Positions 33,401-41,318 of a stretch of DNA of 64,000 nucleotides are shown here, piece by piece. Position numbers and translations under genes: made by a program. Below the pieces are notes generated by a model that saw only the letters and a program-made list of their open reading frames with translations, searched no databases and had not been told where the DNA came from. Source of the DNA: Caecitellus pseudoparvulus (Eukaryota; Protista; Bigyra: Bicosoecida); the NCBI GenBank assembly GCA_965644315.1, contig CBFFRQ010000017.1:143860-207859 (forward strand), read 5' to 3'. How positions within the stretch are numbered: the first letter of the stretch is position 1; each line of letters opens with the position of its first letter.

Positions 33401-35549
33401 ACAGGAAGCCCGTGCCAGCGCGTCTGCTCCAAGTGTGCCGGGTGCAGACACATTCACCCGACCGGAGCAAATCCCAACTTCTGAATTGTCCTCTGCATTT
33501 GCAGTCATGCACGAGTTACGAGGGGGACTGGCAGACGAGCTGCAGGAAAGCCCACTGCACGCTGGGGACTTGCGCGGCCAGGCAGTCCCCCCACCCCCTC
33601 GCACCTTCATCAACTTCACCGACACAATGAGCGTGAAGGTAGCGGGCGCAGGGCTGGCCGTCCGGTTCATGAAGCTGTGGCAAGACGAGATGAAGGCCAT
33701 TGCCGGGCAGGTCCTTGCTGCTCGAAATGGACGCAATCTGTGGATGGCGTCCTCCCTCGTCGCCCCCACAGCTTCCTGGATGAAGATGTCTGGTTCCGCG
33801 ACTGGAGTGACAGTCATCATTCCCCAGAGCTGTGCAGACCCAACGTCTGAATTGGTGGTCACCTTCGATGCTGTGGCCGCCGCCAACCGTCTGGAAAAGC
33901 TGCCTTCTGGCGTGCATCCCTCGGCCAGGTACCCACAGCGCGTGAAAAGGCAGAGTATCAGCCCTGTAGAAGGTGCAGCAGGTCGGCGGGTGAGGGTGGT
34001 CATGGATGAAGCCGAGGCTAGCGCAAGTCAAGTGCTCATGGAGACGTTCGACGTGGTGCTGAACGGCATGGTGGTGGAGCTCCACTGCCTGCGCTTGGCA
34101 GATGCGGCAGTGACTGTGCAGCCACTGGGGCTCGCAGCCAGCATGCAGGTTAGTCTGTCCAACCCAGCAAGCATGGCTGAGCGCTTTGCTTCTGCTGTGG
34201 ACACTGCTTTGGAGCTGACCGTGACGAGCTCAGCTGGGGCCAGCTTGATGATGTCGTCCATGCAAGGCATGTTGGCGCTTGTGAACACCAACTTGCGTGA
34301 GCAGAGCTGCCTGCTTCACATGCTCCCTCTGGTTGACTCCAACGCTTTGGACAAGCACATTCAAGTGCTCATGCCGGGCGACGCGGCGCATGCACCCATT
34401 GCGGTGATTTCCCCGCCGCTGGCTCGCCGAGTCCAGCACGCTGTGCAGGGCACTCGTGCCACAAGCGTTCCTTGGGCAGAGAGTGCCGCAGCAGGGGCAA
34501 GTGTGCGCACGGCAGTGCCGCCCTCCACCCAGCAAGGTGATCCAGATGTGGCGTTTGGCGCGGTGCACGTCCTTGACTTCTTGCCTTTTGCTGAGGAGCG
34601 CATTCCCCACCTGCCCGTGAGCAAAGTGGCGCCTCTGGCCTGGCAGCACGAGGTGCAGGCGGGGCTGCCGCGCACAGGACTGACTCACGCGACACAGACC
34701 GACTCCTTACAAGCGCCAGATGTAGGCCGCCCAGATTTTCGCGCCGTGCGCGAGGGCGCGGCGCTGGGAACCTGCGTGCAAGTGGTGAGGCCGCCAGTGT
34801 CCCGCGCCACCACCGCCTCCGGCTGCTCACAGGGTGTGTTCCGCGTCCTGCAGCATGAGCGGCGGGTGTCCCACGAGACCATTCTGAGGCAGTACCCCCG
34901 ACCGTTCCCAGAAGAGTATGAGTGGGTGTGGGTGAGCCGTCCAGATGCCCCCGGTAAGCTCAGACTGGCTGCCGCGCTGCAGCAAGGTGACTACGTGTCG
35001 CCGTTTCACGGCCCACCTCCCGATGCCAAGCAGCCCCCCAGCCTGCCCCCGCTCCGGAGGCTGCTGTGGCAGCCCGAGCCACGTGTTGGTGGTGCTGGTA
35101 CTGACCTGATATCCCCACTTTCGCGCCGCATGGATGCGGGCAGTCCGCAGTCAGGCGTGTCGGCTGACTCTCCCCACGATCAGGCCTTTTCCGCGCCACC
35201 CAGCGTGGATTTGCACGCCCCACTCCAAGCTCTCCTCCAAAGCGTCGCAGTGGACAGCAAGAAGGTGAACACCGCCGGTATCGAGGTGTCGTTTGAGTCG
35301 GTCCTGGACACTGCAGGTTTAGTGGTGGGGCGGGCGATTCAAGCGCTGCAGGCCGCTGGCGGGGACGGCCACGTCATCCAGCAGCTGGAGGCTGTCCAGC
35401 AAGCCATGGATGCTGCCACAAGCGCAGCTTCCGAGCAGCTGGAGGTGTCCGAGGACACAGCTGCCGACCTGGCGGCAAACAACGAAGCCATGGCTCGCAT
35501 GCTGGCTCTGCGTCTGGAAGGTGGGAGGGGTCAACACGCCAAGCGATGA
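21432..35549 (+). CDS. Giant VPS13-like bridge-like lipid transfer protein (Chorein-N), 4705 aa, intronless
   Basis: GEMRIRNITLRAEALEQFKLPITLLDSHVGSLDVRLP (Chorein-N), TIRVHQVHIRYVDTVTRPEAPFALGIV, RWAFAQRAV and LSAENLLRYRRVA match VPS13 N-terminal blocks; single uninterrupted 14.1-kb ORF. Confidence 0.8.
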   Translation: MDTVYGFVDRMFQAMDLRNPLMKGVLYYLQSNPIISRYLDLSRATPDLALDRGEEAGEMRIRNITLRAEALEQFKLPITLLDSHVGSLDVRLPDSYFGTFTDLLLGGEGEALKTALVLNGINITIAPRDNLEGAVARGAGEKASEASGLTPSQRVDALMSAAQVDKLRRLGLDKDSEDEELTIRAVAVLTQRMTIRVHQVHIRYVDTVTRPEAPFALGIVMQEAQGGPLLDVVRAAAKAGDAAAAAVQAASPAHPGDAACQAFLDSPEWMAAMQPPQVGLADRLRTSQRKLATLQGLGVYLQQLPSQGAPTGPSGGPVEEDPLPPEFSFVNAALEDTPVRQRDWVLHPLSARAAYTVQAGQLFSRHCPPAQRAVVHIPRLALSMSEAQLHSACVVAAYLRNYRLHSKYSDCWESAQQVAAAMGIHRATFFPLAALWEHAKGRPEASLHRAKLYHASVSQVFARFLPQEVVRVASLRHSARGTARTTLAALVPAPLPAAPTAGHLHDWAEHMRAFLEAAEQGGGRQEGAVSLGSSSAAAAGAASGVGTPSTPASGQAFPSETSASPSRLLRRQASTKMLDEALQMDLAKCTAPPDVFATCMEAFRARVRRSLLARQRWAFAQRAVVGDLRRQGQRVRSKLASRLRRQGRGAASGVSGTHESARFHTLQAVTLGPSGLRLSMVEALWGPQYVAAFKLLFRRKLGQGGMLIDGVVLPSFSIIEVARPQPGEAHVKGTSPFITTPLPGEPAELPLSFRLEAGQLVACHRSAGQQGIPISVNASPTAFDGELLVTWVEDVPAKTLPPHKDKDLKWQPSTSSQLARSKAEDTINFLDRHLSAENLLRYRRVAHAELQLENFLLKFREHQRQELRRVAGQQSACFPSLSCAGSPRAAEPGEASASVDSAVSRERLTRLVAVPVYTGEAIRALQRSQDTLNRLQSSSSEPKSEERDRQAAIDDTLRRMHEAELSEPRSPAQLHPLSLYTHQLHTPSLDGEAFLQAVSQQRDGDCFAETLAALLPGGSGTPQVPGPAQRALLRAALRRAQIPLGFALTLPQPGLQPAPPAYGFISSLFLTQRPVLWASAASAQLPLPAPCSTSSQDSEKRGTVILRIQARDATEEQLHTARQVPVASNTWSGLAPGGACVGLASESSGLLTWMSEAVLAHEAWCEEPVLRSRLARCIVCPTQGLNSAHASLHTTGTAEVQHISFGRFREPPMAPSVPAHLDHVGHLPSEHLFAYASLLTEQDKQGLATLLPLTSLDDPALLDVDDKTLPWSYVLRHAHVRCTEASVSLSLSSRAGPSGGVAGGAMPTWRQAQAAPFLAARLLDAKLLVQQLKAQHLRGKVSVASIEVEQDASGLRMRHERPVWDALQTAVEQDGGSFASAVGRIKSTTAALGPSSPTEQLLATLFAIVDPPEASAVHSRPPWLLPRDTCQPCHNPPPSPWEGTSSLLSWLCAYIRFLLKPPCGEAPALTPAVLLTLWMSAHSTALPSAALPRTVLALEEACQVEPPTLFQHAPPTIRGSRPDSPFALFLHKRVLQRLLTGTPPAQDLRELQVGELSRAHQVAAWMRETVQHAHKEAIADFFSGCPSFDAILLDDEFVQYLFAYASSVAEHEEEAHDVVPPQALAPALRFWRDLMLLERGLKVHANAQLQPVCALLTSHQETVQYVKALFAGYVGGTAVSQTTQAHQPVTQPAKPSWSTWLWGTGVAAPRLSSAQGPMSTGHLTPLAAWLGKSEDGESALRSLSDHLWGSADEVRATTSSGPSALLGHQLVSEWCRPLHNLLRRLLDVHLLPRFVADTWHPEHGCFRQLEAAIAPGALLQGVARAKAGKLATACGALNSLHARQRPDILPGLMWGGARLRVQDDGGWKDAAQFLSLSVSGMASDPIPAVNLHFEHCKTGVPAEQYSGLSSPRTPAQESDMQRHELEILQEQLTELPRIEPLTSEFGLGRVLVEGAAAMLAWESQEGAASGVVAAEAPSSTTVFCHIDAEGTALSIRHRPDDDAPFKSLPLHHHCRVLLPAEVPVGAEQAAVGGGPASPAFAAILAWVTAFGQRGGFKSVPDGFLTRGLLFLSVPMHGAPRSSDVQCQVLQLPSESSRDAFHLAAKHSILSHLVQHARAEALSLSRGDVGHDLLQQLQPSLCAFEGETKSHLASCFNEDLPSVQGELSPSALDHGKVQVPSRSLLHTSADTLELALSPAEVPGLPSTARLNLAGALPCAECPPKQGFQTAHLSVGLIHICLHPAAAGSLLSEFLHARPYLAAAYVGHLSLLPPSSRQSDVALASSIQAMKQTRSLRREYRKRVLDCAMRSCVPQGVGQMHDRAAVKRDLLRQNYRRADNFIPEQEGHEVHHAASLEEGVSDARVSVWVAGLELALPATAARVPRGAPGTSREVDLDCTVVQSEVSPRPGWVHSLPALDVVMLRMSGVQAGTFTGAHVGAQIQRVDVSLVTLMDAACASAGRLGSVAQGAPNLDRWAPVMRAVSSCALRACLLQDTPLLSLRKGAGVQLYGVDESQVILGSIDVFAVPACAPELLGIRAAWQHLHHIWVEVEAASQQLQLRSGNTTHSGASGESMPPEPHGQSPWRLSVTLDACHLHLLARGAGPGCQAASGEGLTAECASSLICCTPECACLFTLGLLGSRALVELPSLAAPQHPMSLSGMAKALNHVHPPGFSPRKASSTALLSRMEVGGLVGVCFPGLLSGSGAEALHRQATPQKDMPYAPWDSDMKSVACMSHENNSPHLVVQCGSGKRRAGKAALLTLQQTTSSASAEGQCATCCTTQVGPVAQHHQPHHGRAATWAASKAAASALAALDEDSPTPDTPVDSVHPTEDVSVHLRAFSTDLPQHDVRRGVSIDINHVHVLPSAMLVQGMSTLVGSLQGCIRAQAAQRGEDGARELSFVRAWCTALMRMSSEEKRTEDEALGSRRSRQGATCALPLQVVTELLVVSGSVAGVHGRLTHDCAMLAGISCGQLSFRASKGSVVEDIVCVPLSGPVFESEQAQATVQRELLRLFDGKGSIQVHHTSRRSGAWRCVGAIDGDLSITLCRPELFMLAWTFSDGDTRDPLRRGGQWLPHMIPFSAYCHPLLAARFSRECASRPSDAVWSKAMLPAVSTALRGQSAVGLRPVHPARGWAAMPHPLLVPTDTESADPSHWWSGVPGGVVQLKVGDILLSASHASPESISDGLPAPREPLHHAWQDINAALTERAFSLEPELPLLLTDVEAVCGRVSVDVEQDISVLPWDVLSAVYASDGYGLGSSRAGDRATGWMWIRGFSSHMEHVAPVLAVTDGADVEAVMGPQLHPHAGFGGRRHAVKVTSLVVQPIPVSAESDEASATQQSPAQASTTVQALHMHTTADALAVRQVMHVGKLVPRVLAQLSQQMCSTGPCPDFVSWVRGDARQLDSVAARLDALTHESGRDRSASDTSIGERDHSGGGDSDAFTQIGTQPGSDSLWGAAAGSEASPTASLQGSVAEPETGKGGAPLESLEAETFVTLQAETLLVDVQCLASGVQRFWGAPPPLPVMRVAHDIHRSVAAGRPDLKGDQSPYFQDALDIWPCLEDNYRWCARADCSRLAWLHDFARGVVAPHTQVIMYNASAGCKLNPLRHQDVWKTSREAQRGSVSMMECELGTAAMFVGLVAPSPLLQPVLGLVPEHEAFTHLHAQRDNTAHLWPQEPAWRHGVPRAAVGGAVGALHEAAAGRWGDAVGTPCPPGMSPTRYIVYPHWWRPGSALPTHVYSLNSPHWWARALSKHAGASAWGREVLQALTDGDVHTLDSFQQQREEAGDTWQPPRSVAATAELAWAGHTAHRSTASLLRGSLQQQLHTLATGHQLHVHSSTGSGMWSPTPNLGGEAELLDTGMDSEEVQVGETFFALQVPVVTSSPFQVSMPREGGQPHHLAGVSPLAQLAVQAVRREQTRQFFLYMAPRLENCLQVTAIVPMDPWKSDVSEPTSSSLPPTLSRESAEWIQSWLQQCESRLGPCGAYGPLWVWGQEARASASAPSVPGADTFTRPEQIPTSELSSAFAVMHELRGGLADELQESPLHAGDLRGQAVPPPPRTFINFTDTMSVKVAGAGLAVRFMKLWQDEMKAIAGQVLAARNGRNLWMASSLVAPTASWMKMSGSATGVTVIIPQSCADPTSELVVTFDAVAAANRLEKLPSGVHPSARYPQRVKRQSISPVEGAAGRRVRVVMDEAEASASQVLMETFDVVLNGMVVELHCLRLADAAVTVQPLGLAASMQVSLSNPASMAERFASAVDTALELTVTSSAGASLMMSSMQGMLALVNTNLREQSCLLHMLPLVDSNALDKHIQVLMPGDAAHAPIAVISPPLARRVQHAVQGTRATSVPWAESAAAGASVRTAVPPSTQQGDPDVAFGAVHVLDFLPFAEERIPHLPVSKVAPLAWQHEVQAGLPRTGLTHATQTDSLQAPDVGRPDFRAVREGAALGTCVQVVRPPVSRATTASGCSQGVFRVLQHERRVSHETILRQYPRPFPEEYEWVWVSRPDAPGKLRLAAALQQGDYVSPFHGPPPDAKQPPSLPPLRRLLWQPEPRVGGAGTDLISPLSRRMDAGSPQSGVSADSPHDQAFSAPPSVDLHAPLQALLQSVAVDSKKVNTAGIEVSFESVLDTAGLVVGRAIQALQAAGGDGHVIQQLEAVQQAMDAATSAASEQLEVSEDTAADLAANNEAMARMLALRLEGGRGQHAKR

Positions 35550-35703
35550 TAATGTACACTTTTCACGTGCCCTGCGACCCCCTCCAACGTGGAGGCTCCC
35601 AGATGCCTCGGTATTTGACGTGATCGCCAGGCTGGGGCACCTGGACTGGCTTGTGCCGCTTGTGACACTTGAGCTTGGACTTGCGTTTCACACTGAAACG
35701 TCC

Positions 35704-36952
35704 ATGGCATCGCTGTGGAGCCACCTATCCCACATGGCCGCAGGGGTAGTGGAGGAGGACTCAGATGGAGACAGCGATCGAAGTCATGAGCATTTGCGCC
35801 CCAGTGCCATGGGCGCTCTCGAGGGCCTTCCTTTCGGCGAGAGTGGCATGTACGACAACGCTCAATGGTTGATCACTACTGTTTTTGTGCGCTCACCTGG
35901 CACCCCGCACTCTGCGTGTGCATCACAGAGCATCGCCGATGCATGGATCGCATGGCATGTCTGCGCATGATCCCTCTTCGCATACGACTGGTGGCATCTC
36001 TGCGGCTGCCTCCAGCCTCGTGTACACCCAGGCGCAGCCTTTGCATGCAGGGGCGCTACCCCAGCCCCACGAAGCAGAGCGTGGAGGAAGCTTGAAGCAG
36101 GAGAGGGACCGAGTGTGCAGGCTGGAAGGCATGGTGCGGGAGCTAAAGGAAGACAACCGTGACGCTGCCCACCACATCATGGCTCTTGAGTCAGAGTTGA
36201 GATCCCTGCGAGCGCAGGTGCACGCCGCCCAATCAGCAGGGGGCACGGACAGCCCGGAAGTTGCCCAAGTCGAACATTCACAAGCCGACACTACAGGGGA
36301 GCTCCGATCGCTGCAGCGGCAAGTTGAGGTGTGCCAGATGCGCGAGTCTCAGCTGGTGAAGGAAGTGCAGGCACTGCGTCGGTCGGAGGGGGTGCTGGCG
36401 GACATGGTCAAGCGCCTGCAAGCCCGCCTATCCGAGGCGCACGCAGGCAGGGCACCGCCCACCACGCCATCCACGACACTGCCCACCAGTGCACTCCCCG
36501 GAGTCTCACAGCGTGGGCCTGGTGGAGAAGGTGTCAGTCTACCGTCTGGTGCCGAAAGCGACAGGCAAGGTTGCCTGCTGAAAATTGCAGCGCTGCATGA
36601 AGAGATCAGGTTGCTCAAGTCAGAGTCGTCTCTCGGTGGCCTTGCCCAGCGAGAGGGGGAGGGTGAGAGCAGTGCGGCGGCTGCGTTTGTGCCGAAGAAG
36701 GCAGTGGCCACGCTGTGGTGCCGGAGTCACGATGCCAGCTTGCACCGCACTGAACGGCAGCGCTGCACAGAAATGCTGGCAGGGATGTTAGGCCTTTCCC
36801 AAGCGCAGCGTGAGCAAGTGGGCGCGGCCTTGCCATCGGTGTCACTGCTTCCGTTCATGGGCACCAGCAGCTCAAGTGCTCCAGCGGGCGACTTTGCTGG
36901 AGGCCTCATGGACCAATGGGTGGCCTTTTTAGATGACAAAACCACCGATTGA
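35704..36952 (+). CDS. GRAB-domain golgin (GMAP-210/Rud3-like), short
   Basis: Amphipathic N-terminus MASLWSHLSHMA, coiled coils, EMLAGMLGLSQAQREQVG...LMDQWVAFL; intron 35850-35928 joins the two ORFs in frame. Confidence 0.7.
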
Positions 36953-37227
36953 GCAGCTAGATGCGCGTTGGCTTGTATTTGTGTGTGTTGGGGGGGGCAA
37001 GTCGTTGCACCAGGCATTATCCACCCAGCTTTGTTCCAGCCAAGCACGGGTGCCTCGCGAACATGCTTCCGCTGCAGTAGCCCGACGCATTTCCCAGAGC
37101 ATGCCGTCAACTTAGAGTTTGGAAACATGAGACAGGAGCTGGATGCTCAGAGGCGTGTTTGGGGAGCTTTTTGCTTGCGAGGGAGCGAAGCGGGGGTGCA
37201 CAGCAGAGCCCGGGAGCTGGGCTGGAT

Positions 37228-38732
37228 TCACTTGACTGTCATGGCCAGGGAAGTCAGCATTGCCTTGTCCGTGCTTCGAAGCGAGTCCCCATGCGCCGCC
37301 ATCATGTCTGCGACGACCTTGCGTCTGTACCTTGCTTGGACCTGGGTCCAGGCCGCAGCCTCGGCTGCCAGCTCCTTGCGCTCTCGGTACGGCTGGAGTT
37401 TCAGCACTTGCTTTCGCTGTGCTTGTGCTGCAGCCTGGGCTTTGAGCTGACGAAAGTGGGCGGCTCGTGCGTTGGCCTTTTGTCGCTGCGCTTCGTCTAA
37501 TTCTGCTTGCTTCGCTGCGGCAGTTGCAGCCATGCTGAGGCTCAGTTGGTGGTCCTGGGCGGCCTGCTCTTGCCGGGCGCGCTGCTGTCGCTGAATGATG
37601 GCTTGGTTGGATGCCTTGGCTTCCTGCAAGGCTGCCTCACGACGCTTGGCCTTGTCTTTGCGCCGTGCGCGGGCTTGTAGCTCGGCCTGCTCTTGAAACA
37701 GCCGGTCTTGCAAGTCGTCCGCGAGTGTGCTGCGCGCCCGCCGCTTGTTGAAAGCCTCTACTTCCTTGAAGAATGCAGCGTCGGCCTGCTTCTTTGCCTG
37801 CACCCGTGCTTCTGCTGCACGTTCTTCTGCCATGGCCTTCTCAAGTGCCTGTGCCGCGAGGGCTGCGTCAAGGGCTGCCTCCGCCTCCACTGCTCGCTGC
37901 TTCTCCTCCCGCACGCGGTCGTTGAAGGAAGCGACAGCTGCCGCGTGGTCCAGTTGCTCCTGCTTCTGCTTGCGGCGTTTTTCAGCCTCCTCAGCAACCG
38001 CACGCACAGCCGCTCGTCGTTGTGCCTGTTCGAACTGGTACTTCGCCTCTTCCTCAGCTTCCCTCGCCTCAGCACGCACAGCAAGCTGCTCTAGCAGCGC
38101 CCGCTTCGTGTCCAGGGCAGCTTGCTTCCGCCGGGCTTGCTTTTCTGACTCGGCGATTTCAGCCAGGGCAGCTCGCTGTGCGGTTTCAGCGTCCAGCATT
38201 GCTTCGTGTTGCCGCTCGTCCGCTGCCCGGCGCTGCTTGTCCTCAACCTGTCGCTGCCATGCAGCCATGGCCTCAGCACGCCCCCTCACTGACTGGAGAG
38301 TCTTGGCCAGGTCGCTCGTTGCAACTTGCGCTTCTGGGATGGGTTGGGAGTGGAAGCCGTGCAGCAGGGGCAGGGCCAAGCAAGCTGGCCTGCTGAGTGC
38401 TGCGTACCAAGTTTCCTCTCGAGGGCATCTTGCATCTCCCCGCCTGTTTTTCCTGATTTGGCAGCCGCCTTCAGCTTCTTTGCATCAAAATCACGCATCC
38501 AATGCACCTTTGCTGCTGCTGCATGCGCCCGCTCGGCCGTGCTTCGTCGGGAGGCGTTGGCTGAACCCTTTGATGCCTGCGGCGAGTCAAGTCAACGCGC
38601 GTGCGCAGTGTGACGCAGGGCGCCATGGCCGAGGGCACGACGTACAATGTCCCGCATGCGCTGGAGCTCCGAGGCCTTGATGAGGCTCTGCCCTGCTCTG
38701 GGCAGGCGCTTGGCGCCACGCTGAGCGGGCAT
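37228..38732 (-). CDS. Trichohyalin-plectin-homology coiled-coil protein, CFAP45-like
   Basis: Introns 38645-38577 and 38407-38334 give a continuous charged helical protein; IKASELQRM and DLAKTLQSV..A.A....RQVEDK resemble CFAP45. Confidence 0.6.
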
Positions 38733-38858
38733 CACAGCCAGGCGCGCTGCGGAAATTGCGTTGACTTGCTGTGCCCGCCACCTGGCACGAAGCACTTTGA
38801 CTGGCGCTCTCGTGCAAGCCTGCAGGGGGTGCTGGCATTGCATTGCCTCGGCGGGAAT

Positions 38859-40954
38859 CTAGCGGCGCCTGCCGCCCTTTTTGTTTTTGGCCCTGCGCTT
38901 GACGGCAACTTTCGGGGCTGCTGCGGTGCTGCCCTTCTTGCTCTTGCCCTCTGCAGCTGGCTCGCCACCAGCAGCCTTCTTCGCCTCGGCAATGGCACGG
39001 GCATCCAGAGCTGCGGCGACTTTCTCAGTGTCCACCCCGACGGTGCCTTGCGAAGACCCTGTGTTCTTGTAGCCTGCATGCTGCACGGCCGCCTTGGCGC
39101 TGCGTTTGCGGTTGCCGAAGCGATCCCGGCTGCGCAGACGGTACGGCAGCCAGCGCTCCGGGTCGGGCTTGGGCAGGGGGATGCCTGCCTTGAACGACGG
39201 CTTTTCCCGCAAGAAGGCAAGGTAGGCCTCTCGGCGCCGAGCCCGACGCCGCAGCCTGGCGATCTTGCGCTTGGCAGCCCGCTCCGCCGCAGGCAACTGC
39301 ACCTCGCTGCCGGACGCCTGCGGCAAGCTCGGAGCCTGCGCCACAGGGGCGTCTCCTGCCCCCGCCGCCGCAGCAGCTGGAGGGGGTTGGGCTGTGGCAG
39401 GGGCGCGCGCTGCAGGGTGGGGCGCCGCACTGACCCACGGCAGCTTGCTCTGCACGAGGCTGTGCACATCCCCCGTCCAGGCGCCAGGCAAGGCGGCAGA
39501 GGGAGGGGGGCCTGCCTTGGCCGACGCCATGCGTTGCAGGGCGTCTGCAGCAGGGCTGGCGTCCGCCTTGGCCAGGAGGGGCTCTGCTGCCGCTGCGTGC
39601 CCTGCAGCCACCAGCACGGCGCTGGCCGCGACGAGGGCGGGGTTGACGCCACTGCAGGCTTCCAGGACGCAGCTGGCGATGCCAGCGGGGTCCTGGCCAG
39701 CCTGCACCGCAGCTCGTGCGAAGGCTGCAGCCGTCGTGGCGAGAGCCGCCTCCTTGGACAGCGGGAGCGCCTGGCGCAACGACGCAGCCCTGGCCGCGGG
39801 GTCCTCCAGTGTGGCGGCGCGGGCGACAAAGCCGGCTGCAGTGCGGGGCGCGTGGCCCTCATCGGCGATGGCGCGAATGGCGTCAGCCATGGGCGAGGCG
39901 TCGCCCTGGGGCAGGGCGGCCAGGGCGTCCGCATGCTTCTTCATGTGGGCCAGGAGGGCTGCCTGGTTGCGGCGCAGGGCGGCCACTTGGCTCGGCTGCA
40001 GCTTGGCCGTGCTGGCGGCGGCAAGGGTGCTGTTTGTGCGTTTGAACGCCTCGAACACCTCCCGGGAGCTGCGCAGGACTGAGGTGTTGTTGGTGGCCAG
40101 CACCCCCGCCTGTCCTGTGGCGGGCATGGCAGCGTACGTTTCGGCCGCGTCAGCGGTGAAGCCGAGGCGGTGCAGGGCAACGGCTGCCTGCATGCGCAGT
40201 GGGCGCGTCTCTTCGTCAATGTCCGCGGCGGAGAGGCCTTCGGCGGCAAGGCTTTGCTTGGCTGCGGCGTTTGTGGCTGAGAGCTGGCCCAGCGCGCCCA
40301 GTGTGTCCCCGCGCAGCAAGGAGCCTGTGGCGAGGTTGAAGGCCACCTCAGTCTCAGTCTTGAGGGCGGGCGTGATGGCGGGGTCTGTGTCCAGGCCGCC
40401 AGCCACCAGTGCAGCGGTCAGGTTCACTGCAGCCTCCACTTCCTCCTCGCCTGTGGAGGCCAGTTTTTCGTAGGCGGCCGCAGCTTCAGGGAACAGCCCC
40501 CGGCGGTACTGGGTCTGTGCAGACAGCCAAGCCCACGCTGGGCTGGAATCCCCGCTTGCTGTCACTGCCTGCGCCACCGCCTCCAAGTTGCCGGCGCGGT
40601 AGTTGGCGTAGGCGCCTTCCAGAGCCAGAGTAGCGGGGTGCGCAGTGGCCAGCTGCACGACATCGGCATACTGCGAAGCAGGGGGCAGGCCGCTGTGCAG
40701 TGTGGCGGTGTATCGAGTGGGCATGCCAGCGGACTGACTTTGCCGAGCTTCACCATGCGGGTGGCGGCGAACTTGAGCAAGTCCACATCATCACAGCCAG
40801 CGTCGATGCCTGGGCGAAACGCGGGGGTATTCATGCAGGCGTGGCGTGGCCTTGGCGGCGGCTTGCTGCACGCACTGGCTTTTGCAGCAGCTACAGCTCC
40901 TTCGACATCTCCTGCTTCATCCAGCTTGTGCAGGGAGGCAAAGTCGACTGCCAT
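38859..40954 (-). CDS. SRP72: Signal recognition particle subunit SRP72
   Basis: TPR-like N-half (AYANYR, AQTQYR, FNLA), basic patch then KPDPERWLP and SQG; introns 40875-40810 and 40738-40671. Confidence 0.9.
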
Positions 40955-41318
40955 GCTTGGCTTTGAGCGGGGCAGTGCACGTGGCTGGATGCGGGGGATG
41001 CTGGGAGTTGCGTCAAGTAACAGGGGCGACCACCTGACGTCAGGCAGTGTTACTTTGCTTTATCGGTGGGTCTTGTTGGTCCGGCGCCGCTGTGCCGGGT
41101 GACTGCAGTGCGGGGGGGGGGAGAGAGGGGGGGTGCCTGCTGTGCTGGCGGAAATAGGCCAGGCAGCCTGAGGGAAGGCAGCACAGTGCCAGTGCTCTGA
41201 CAAACCACCCACACCTCGCGCGCCAGTGCATGCCGCCCAGGGGCAGCTGCACACAGTGTCATTGCCGTGTTTGCACCACTGCAGTAGGTGTTGGGGCACA
41301 GGCGCTGGCGGGGCGGCC

